Virus record (IMG/VR): IMGVR_UViG_3300023179_000070
Span: 1-64,000 of that record
From: a virus
Lineage: Duplodnaviria > Caudoviricetes
Reading direction: 5' to 3' (one strand)
DNA: 64,000 nucleotides
Part shown: positions 58,188-64,000 of the stretch, piece by piece
How positions within the stretch are numbered: position 1 is the stretch's first letter
Layout: every line of letters begins with the position of its first letter
The notes under the pieces: model-generated
Told to the model about the DNA's origin: nothing
The model's database searches: none
What the model saw: the letters and a program-made list of their open reading frames with translations, nothing else
Program-made: the position numbers and the translations under genes

Positions 58188-59174
58188 ATGTTTAAATATA
58201 TACTTGGATTATCAGCCTTCTTATTAGCTTCTTGCGCAGCATTCTTTTCAGTTAAAGGAATAGCTCTACTTTTTGCAGCTAGTTTTTGGAGCGTTGGAAT
58301 AATGGCTGGAAGTTTAGAAATAGCAAAATTAGTTAGCGCAAGTTATCTTTATAGATATTGGTCAGTAATACATGATTTACTTAAAAAATATATGCTATCT
58401 GCTACGATATTACTGATGTGCATAACAAGTCTTGGTATTTTTGGTTTTCTTTCTGATGCTTTTCAACGTAATTTTTCTCAATATTCTTTAAACTTAAATA
58501 AAATTCAAAGTTTAAAATCTCAACAAAATTTTTATATTTCTCAAATAGATTTCAATAAAAGCAAATTAAAAGATTTAATTGAATTACAAAAAACATATCA
58601 AACATCTCTAGATAATGCCGTTAAACAAGATGTGACTACAACTAAAACTACTGGCGGTGGATTTTTCAGTTCCGCTAAAACTGAAAAAGTAACAGATATT
58701 AAATTAGTAGAAAGTAAAAATAAAATAGTTGAAGGATCTCAAGTTAATATCAATAACTTATTTTCTCAAATATCTACAGTAACTTCTGATCTTCAAAATT
58801 TAGAAAAACAAAGTCTAGAAAATAGTCAAGAAATAATGAGACTAGAGAGTGATAATACAAAAGGCGAAATTGGTACATTTAAATTTGTAGCTGATGCATT
58901 TGGATTAAAAATAGAAACTGCAGTAAGAATATTTATTATATTAATTGTTATTGTTTTTGATCCATTAGCAGTATGTTTAGTTATAGCTTACAACTCAATT
59001 ATTAAAAAAGTAGAAAATCAAGAATTGCAAAAAACAGAACAAAAAATTAAAAATATTATAGATAAACCATTAGATACTTTTAAAGTATTTTATGAAAATC
59101 TACATAAAAATTTTAAACGTGGTACAAAAATGCAACATAATCCAGAATTAGCTGACCCAAATATCAAGCATTAA
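58188..59174 (+). CDS. membrane protein with long coiled coil
   Basis: Three N-terminal TM segments, coiled coil, C-terminal TM ending FDPLA. Confidence 0.7.
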   Translation: MFKYILGLSAFLLASCAAFFSVKGIALLFAASFWSVGIMAGSLEIAKLVSASYLYRYWSVIHDLLKKYMLSATILLMCITSLGIFGFLSDAFQRNFSQYSLNLNKIQSLKSQQNFYISQIDFNKSKLKDLIELQKTYQTSLDNAVKQDVTTTKTTGGGFFSSAKTEKVTDIKLVESKNKIVEGSQVNINNLFSQISTVTSDLQNLEKQSLENSQEIMRLESDNTKGEIGTFKFVADAFGLKIETAVRIFIILIVIVFDPLAVCLVIAYNSIIKKVENQELQKTEQKIKNIIDKPLDTFKVFYENLHKNFKRGTKMQHNPELADPNIKH

Positions 59175-59350
59175 TATTTTTTAATTTTATAATTTTTAGT
59201 TGTAGGATCTAATTTAAGAACATGAGCTTTAGCTTTTATTAAGCCTTCTTTTGATGGAGGAAAAATTCCATGAAGAAAATTATCACTTTTACTATAAACA
59301 GCGTAATATTTAAGTTGTTTCTTCTTTTTTGTTTTGATTTTCTTTTTCAT
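59171..59350 (-). CDS. small basic protein (59 aa, absent from ORF track)
   Basis: MKKKIKTKKKKQLKYYAVYSKSDNFLHGIFPP...KKY*; fills the gap between neighbours. Confidence 0.55.
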   Translation of the reverse strand: MKKKIKTKKKKQLKYYAVYSKSDNFLHGIFPPSKEGLIKAKAHVLKLDPTTKNYKIKKY

Positions 59351-59561
59351 TTGTAATTTTTGTAAGATGCTCTCTTAGAGAGTCTCTAGCTTTTTCGCAG
59401 AAATCTTGATTTAATTGACCACAACAGTTTTTGAATTTTTTACCAGTATATGGGCAAATTGTATTTCTTGGTACTTTTGGATATATTCTTACTATTGGAC
59501 TGAACTCTGTTGCCCTAGCATATTCAATCGAAGTTAATTTGTCTATATTTTCTTTATTCAT
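59310..59561 (-). CDS. SEC-C motif protein (probable start 59561)
   Basis: RNTICPYTGKKFKNCCG; TTGATT-17-TATAAT-6-ATG. Confidence 0.65.
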   Translation of the reverse strand: MNKENIDKLTSIEYARATEFSPIVRIYPKVPRNTICPYTGKKFKNCCGQLNQDFCEKARDSLREHLTKITNEKENQNKKEETT

Positions 59562-59596
59562 TTTAATATTATAAGGCATTTATTAATTTAAATCAA

Positions 59597-60706
59597 TTAT
59601 TTTCCATGAGCGAATCCTTCATACATGCTATTTGGGCTATTTCTAACAGCTTGTATGGTATTATTCCATAAACCACCGCGCATATCTTGTAAATTCCTGA
59701 AACCAAGATAACTCATAGAGCTTCTCAAACCATTAGTAAAATCATATACAATATCCTCAATAGATTTATTTTCAATAATTGGAATCAAAGTATTATCTCC
59801 TTCGACAAATAAATTCTTTTTGGTTCCATCATATAAATCATAATCTTCTACAACATCTTGGCTAGCCATTCCTCTGTATTTAGCAAATCTTTTACCATCA
59901 ATTTCAATAATATTTTCATCGTCTACAACATCAGACAGTCCAGCGAAAATTCTACCACAAATAACAGCATCGCATCCACTAGCGATAGCTTTTACTAAGT
60001 CTTTTGGATATCTAATGCCACCATCAGCCAGAATACTTGGTCTATGAGATGGGTTAGGTTTGTCTTGTTTAAATAAATCAACTTGAGAAAGTTCCCAATT
60101 CCTCACAGCCTTCCAAGCGTAATAGTTTCCAGTTAGACTTGGACATCCAATTCCAGTTTTAACTTGAGTTAAGCACATAGAACCTGGACCAATCAAATGT
60201 CTAAATCCGTCTGATTTAAGATTAGCTAATCTATAAACGCTTTCTTTCGTTAAAGTATTACCAACTATAACATCTTGTGAAAATCCAGCAGTTTTATACC
60301 ATCTTAAAAAATCTTCTACGTTTTTAGCTAAACCATTAGCTGTATCTAAAAAGTAAACATTAGTAAAAGTACTAGTAGCTCTAATTCTTTCTTCTGCATC
60401 TTTTAAACCAATAGCAGTAACACAAAAATCACTTTCATTTTTAATAATTTTAGCTTTAGCTCTCTGATCATCAACACTCATAAATCTATGCAAAACTCCA
60501 GCTGCACCAAGTTTATTCATTTTAATACAAGATTTAACAGATGATACTGTATCCATAGGAGAAAGAATAATTGGAATTTTGATACTACAATTTCTTGAAA
60601 TTTTAGTAGTAGTATCTACTTCTTTTCTTGAGGTAATATTTGAAAAATTTGGAAGTAATGAAATATCATCATAACTTAAAGCTTCTTTGAATTCTTGTTT
60701 TTGCAT
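59597..60706 (-). CDS. guaB: IMP dehydrogenase / GMP reductase family, no CBS domains
   Basis: SPMDTV, GPGSMCLT, ADGGI, YRGMAS, EG, GLRSSMSY. Confidence 0.8.
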   Translation of the reverse strand: MQKQEFKEALSYDDISLLPNFSNITSRKEVDTTTKISRNCSIKIPIILSPMDTVSSVKSCIKMNKLGAAGVLHRFMSVDDQRAKAKIIKNESDFCVTAIGLKDAEERIRATSTFTNVYFLDTANGLAKNVEDFLRWYKTAGFSQDVIVGNTLTKESVYRLANLKSDGFRHLIGPGSMCLTQVKTGIGCPSLTGNYYAWKAVRNWELSQVDLFKQDKPNPSHRPSILADGGIRYPKDLVKAIASGCDAVICGRIFAGLSDVVDDENIIEIDGKRFAKYRGMASQDVVEDYDLYDGTKKNLFVEGDNTLIPIIENKSIEDIVYDFTNGLRSSMSYLGFRNLQDMRGGLWNNTIQAVRNSPNSMYEGFAHGK

Positions 60707-60784
60707 TTCTTTATATTAAACTATTCTTCTCAAACAATCAAGAAAATAATTGACTTAAAAATAAAAAAGTTTTAATATGTCTTT

Positions 60785-60856
60785 ATGTTTCAAACAGTTG
60801 CATGTATCATAATGGGTATTATAATATCTTTATATTGGCATTTTTCTACAAAATGA
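60785..60856 (+). CDS. small hydrophobic peptide (23 aa)
   Basis: TTGACT-17-TAATAT-6-ATG; MFQTVACIIMGIIISLYWHFSTK*; ATGA overlap with next gene. Confidence 0.5.
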   Translation: MFQTVACIIMGIIISLYWHFSTK

Positions 60857-61266
60857 ATAATAGAATATCATTTATTGAAGCAGCAATTCATACTGCTCAG
60901 ATTTGGTCGAATAGATCAGAAGATCCATATAAAAAAGTTGGAGTATGTATCTTAAATAAAGATGGAAGAGTATTATCTGTTGGATATAATGGTCTTTTAC
61001 CAAAATTTAATATTAAACAAGATTTTTTTAATGACAGAGATAATAGAAGAAAATATATGATTCACGCCGAAATCAATGCATTATCTCTTATAAAAAGAAA
61101 AGATGATCCTTATTTATTAGCTTCTACATTATTACCTTGCTCAAATTGTGCAACAAATATTGTTGCATATGGAGTTAAAAGTGTGGTATACTCAGAAGAA
61201 TATGAAAAGGATTCTACAGCAAAAGAAATATTTAAATTTTATAATATAGAATTAATTAAAATATGA
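60853..61266 (+). CDS. dCMP deaminase (probable start 60853)
   Basis: GYNG, HAEINA, PCSNC. Confidence 0.88.
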   Translation: MNNRISFIEAAIHTAQIWSNRSEDPYKKVGVCILNKDGRVLSVGYNGLLPKFNIKQDFFNDRDNRRKYMIHAEINALSLIKRKDDPYLLASTLLPCSNCATNIVAYGVKSVVYSEEYEKDSTAKEIFKFYNIELIKI

Positions 61267-61751
61267 AATATATAATACTATTATCTTTTATAGCTAATTT
61301 TGCTATTGCACAATCTGGAGTAGTTTATGAAACATATAAAACTACAGGTAGTACTAATGAATCACATGGAACAATTTTTACAAAACCTTTTCAAGAATAT
61401 AATTATGTCAAAACTGCTAGAGGTATAGAAGTTTATGAAACATATAAAACTGGAGGAGGAAATTCAACGAATCAATCTCATGGCACAATATTCTCTAAAC
61501 CTTTTCCAGAGTTTATTATAATTCAAAACAAAATGTATAGAACATATAAAACTGATGCAAGCTCTACAAACCAATCTCATGGAACGATATTCACTAAACC
61601 CTTTGAGTCTAAGGATATTGATGAAAATGTAGATACAAAAAGTTTAAAAGAAAATATACAAACTCAAGTACGAACTCAAGAAATTCATACTGGACAAAAT
61701 TATCCAAAATATGACGGAACTGGAGAAATATCTTATGGAGAAGAAAAATGA
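61263..61751 (+). CDS. exported protein with three internal repeats
   Basis: Signal peptide MKYIILLSFIANFAIA; 3x Y.TYKT...STN(E/Q)SHGTIF.KPF. Confidence 0.7.
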   Translation: MKYIILLSFIANFAIAQSGVVYETYKTTGSTNESHGTIFTKPFQEYNYVKTARGIEVYETYKTGGGNSTNQSHGTIFSKPFPEFIIIQNKMYRTYKTDASSTNQSHGTIFTKPFESKDIDENVDTKSLKENIQTQVRTQEIHTGQNYPKYDGTGEISYGEEK

Positions 61752-62335
61752 TAGGATTAACTGGAGTAGCTAGATCTGGAAAAGATACTTTTTATTCAAT
61801 ACTTCAAAAGTATTTAGAAGAAAAAAATATTAAATCTCAAAGAATTGCTTTGGCAGATAATCTAAAAAAAGAACTTGGAGATTTTACTAAAGAAAAATTT
61901 AAAATAGATTTAAATAAATGTGAGGGTAAGGATAAAGAATTAATTAGACCACTTATGGTTGCTTATGGTAAATGCAGAAGAGTTCAAACAGAAGGAAAAT
62001 ACTGGACATCTTTAGTAGAAACAGAAGTTAAAAATCTTAAAAAAGACAATATTATTCCAATAATTACAGATGTAAGATATATAGAATATAAAGAAGATGA
62101 ATATTCTTGGCTGAAATCACACAATGGTATTCTTATTCATATTTCTAGAAAACTAGACGATGGATCTTTAATTCCTCCAGCTAATATTGAAGAAAAATCT
62201 AATGATAATAAACTTAAAGCTGTTGCAGATTACTCGATTTCTTGGGAAACATGTCAAGATGTTAATTTTTTATATGAACTTATGCAAAAACAATTAAAAA
62301 ATATTTATGAAAAATATATGGAGAATAAAAAATAA
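61748..62335 (+). CDS. deoxynucleoside monophosphate kinase
   Basis: GLTGVARSGKDT, LAD.LK, ITDVRY. Confidence 0.8.
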   Translation: MIGLTGVARSGKDTFYSILQKYLEEKNIKSQRIALADNLKKELGDFTKEKFKIDLNKCEGKDKELIRPLMVAYGKCRRVQTEGKYWTSLVETEVKNLKKDNIIPIITDVRYIEYKEDEYSWLKSHNGILIHISRKLDDGSLIPPANIEEKSNDNKLKAVADYSISWETCQDVNFLYELMQKQLKNIYEKYMENKK

Positions 62336-62337
62336 TT

Positions 62338-62931
62338 ATGAATATAAATATAGACGATAATACTTTAGTAAGAAATATACAAGAAAAAAATGATGAAGAA
62401 TCATTAAAAATGCTTATAAATAAACATTCTGCACTTTGTAATTCTTTGTATAAAAAATACTCAAATCCTATGGTTACATCTGGAGTTCACGTACAAGATG
62501 TAATAGATCAAAAAGATTATATTGTATACAAATCTGCAATGTCTTTTGATCCTTGTAAAAATTCCAAATTCTCAACTTGGTTGTACAATCAAGTAAGATA
62601 TCAATGCCTTAATTGCATGAATGAGAATAGTCATTATTTGACACTTGAAACTGATAAATTAAACTATTTAATAGAAAAAAATACTACTCCACAAAAAGAA
62701 TATAAAAATATTAATGAATATATTTTTAATATCATAGAGTCATGCTCCGATAAAAGAGTAGAAAAAATATTCAAAATGAGATATTTAAATAATACAAATA
62801 AAAAAATGTCTTGGAATAAGATAGCTAAAAAATTAAAGATTAGTACTCAAACTGCTATCAATATTCATAATAAAGCTATCAAACTATTAAAAACGAAAGT
62901 TGAGAGTAAAAATTCTTTTGACAAAATATAA
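62338..62931 (+). CDS. phage RNA polymerase sigma70-family factor
   Basis: FDP.K.SKFSTWLY..VR region 2; C-terminal HTH SWNKIAKKLKISTQTAINIH. Confidence 0.8.
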   Translation: MNINIDDNTLVRNIQEKNDEESLKMLINKHSALCNSLYKKYSNPMVTSGVHVQDVIDQKDYIVYKSAMSFDPCKNSKFSTWLYNQVRYQCLNCMNENSHYLTLETDKLNYLIEKNTTPQKEYKNINEYIFNIIESCSDKRVEKIFKMRYLNNTNKKMSWNKIAKKLKISTQTAINIHNKAIKLLKTKVESKNSFDKI

Positions 62932-62946
62932 TAAAGGAGATACAAT
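62918..62946 (+). promoter_or_regulatory. sigma70-type promoter, leaderless
   Basis: TTGACA-17-TACAAT-6-ATG (62953). Confidence 0.7.
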
Positions 62947-62952
62947 ATAAAA

Positions 62953-63258
62953 ATGAATAATACAAATCAAAATACAAATAAAAATCAAAATGAGCTAGGC
63001 GCTCTTTGGAAGAAGAAAAGTAAAACAGGAATGTCATTTCTATCTGGTTATATTAATGACCATGATGGTCAAAGAATTGATGTTGTAGTTTTTGCTAATA
63101 GTAAAAAGACAAATGAAAAGGCTCCAGATTACAGACTATACGTTTCTAAGCCACTAGATAGTCAAAATAAGACTACAGCTTCAGCTCCAGTAGTAAAAAC
63201 TGCTCCAGCAAGGAAAGCTCAACCAGTTGTTCAAGAGGATGAAGATGACATCCTATGA
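62953..63258 (+). CDS. DUF736-like putative single-stranded DNA-binding protein
   Basis: LGALW, FLSG, APDYR, acidic C-terminal tail EDEDDIL. Confidence 0.65.
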   Translation: MNNTNQNTNKNQNELGALWKKKSKTGMSFLSGYINDHDGQRIDVVVFANSKKTNEKAPDYRLYVSKPLDSQNKTTASAPVVKTAPARKAQPVVQEDEDDIL

Positions 63259-64000
63259 GTTTAGCGTTTAACTTACCAATAAATTCAGTAAGTTTTGGTC
63301 AAGTATCTACATTAATTCTTAGAGAACTATATAATTCTAAGGTTAATGTAGATATTTTACCTATGGGTAATATTGATTTATCTACTCAATCAGATTTAAC
63401 TCAAGAATTCGCTAATTGGTTACAACAATCAATTAATTCTTCTCTTGAAACTTTTAATAGAAAGAATAAATTATTTAAATTATGGCATTTGAATGGTTCA
63501 TTTGAAAGTTTTTCGAATGAACAAGTTTTACTTAGTTTTTATGAATTAGATCAACCAACAAAAATAGAATTAAATATTGTAAAAAATAATAATAAAGTTC
63601 TTTTTTCTTCAAGAGAAACAGTCGAACTATTCAATAGTCTTGGTTGTAATAATGTAGAATATATTCCATTAGCATTTGATAAATATAATTTTAATAGAAT
63701 AGAAAAAACATATTTTACAGATGATAGAATTGTTTTTAATCTAGTAGGTAAACTAGAAAAAAGAAAACATCACCTTAAATTAATTAAACTTTGGGCTAAT
63801 AAATTTGGTAATGATAAAAGATATGCACTTCAATGCTGTATTTTTAATCCATTCATGAAACAAGAGGATCAAAATACTTTATTATCTCAAGTCTTAGAAG
63901 GTAAAAATTATTTCAATATAAATTTCTTACCATTCATGGGGCAAAATAAAATTTACAATGATTATTTAAATAGTGCTAATGTAATTATTGGCATGAGTGG
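63255..64000 (+). CDS. GT4-like glycosyltransferase, 3'-truncated
   Basis: ATG 63255, MSLAFNLPINSVSFGQ..., VGKLEKRK; open to window end. Confidence 0.65.
   Translation, partial: MSLAFNLPINSVSFGQVSTLILRELYNSKVNVDILPMGNIDLSTQSDLTQEFANWLQQSINSSLETFNRKNKLFKLWHLNGSFESFSNEQVLLSFYELDQPTKIELNIVKNNNKVLFSSRETVELFNSLGCNNVEYIPLAFDKYNFNRIEKTYFTDDRIVFNLVGKLEKRKHHLKLIKLWANKFGNDKRYALQCCIFNPFMKQEDQNTLLSQVLEGKNYFNINFLPFMGQNKIYNDYLNSANVIIGMS

Noticed and set aside
1-64000. Stop-codon reassignment
   Set aside because: Genes are full length and tightly packed under the standard code, with TAA, TGA and TAG all used as stops

Overview
AT-rich segment of a large tailed dsDNA bacteriophage genome (standard genetic code; host not determinable from this window). 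1-26 kb holds tail fibres, a sulfotransferase/GT pair, neck genes, tail tube, chaperones, a 2089-aa tape measure and an inverted lambda-like M-L-K-I-J tail-tip block. 26-51 kb is a minus-strand replication module (DnaE split into separate PHP, exonuclease and core genes; DnaG, ThyX, DnaB, RecA, nucleases) plus a large nucleotide-sugar/glycosyltransferase cluster. 51-58 kb is an accessory, RNA-rich island: tmRNA, a tRNA 3' remnant, an HNH-like nuclease, a Cys-rich/S26-peptidase fusion, an ORF-less group I ribozyme with almost no 5' exon, and an unidentified ~320-nt pseudoknotted RNA-like element. 58-64 kb has nucleotide metabolism genes, a phage sigma factor and an SSB-like gene. Two promoter classes are visible: host-type TTGAnn-17-TAnnnT and a recurrent GTGTAA(T) motif, both often only 6-9 nt before the start codon (leaderless). 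All calls come from motif reading by eye; no database searches or folding programs were run.
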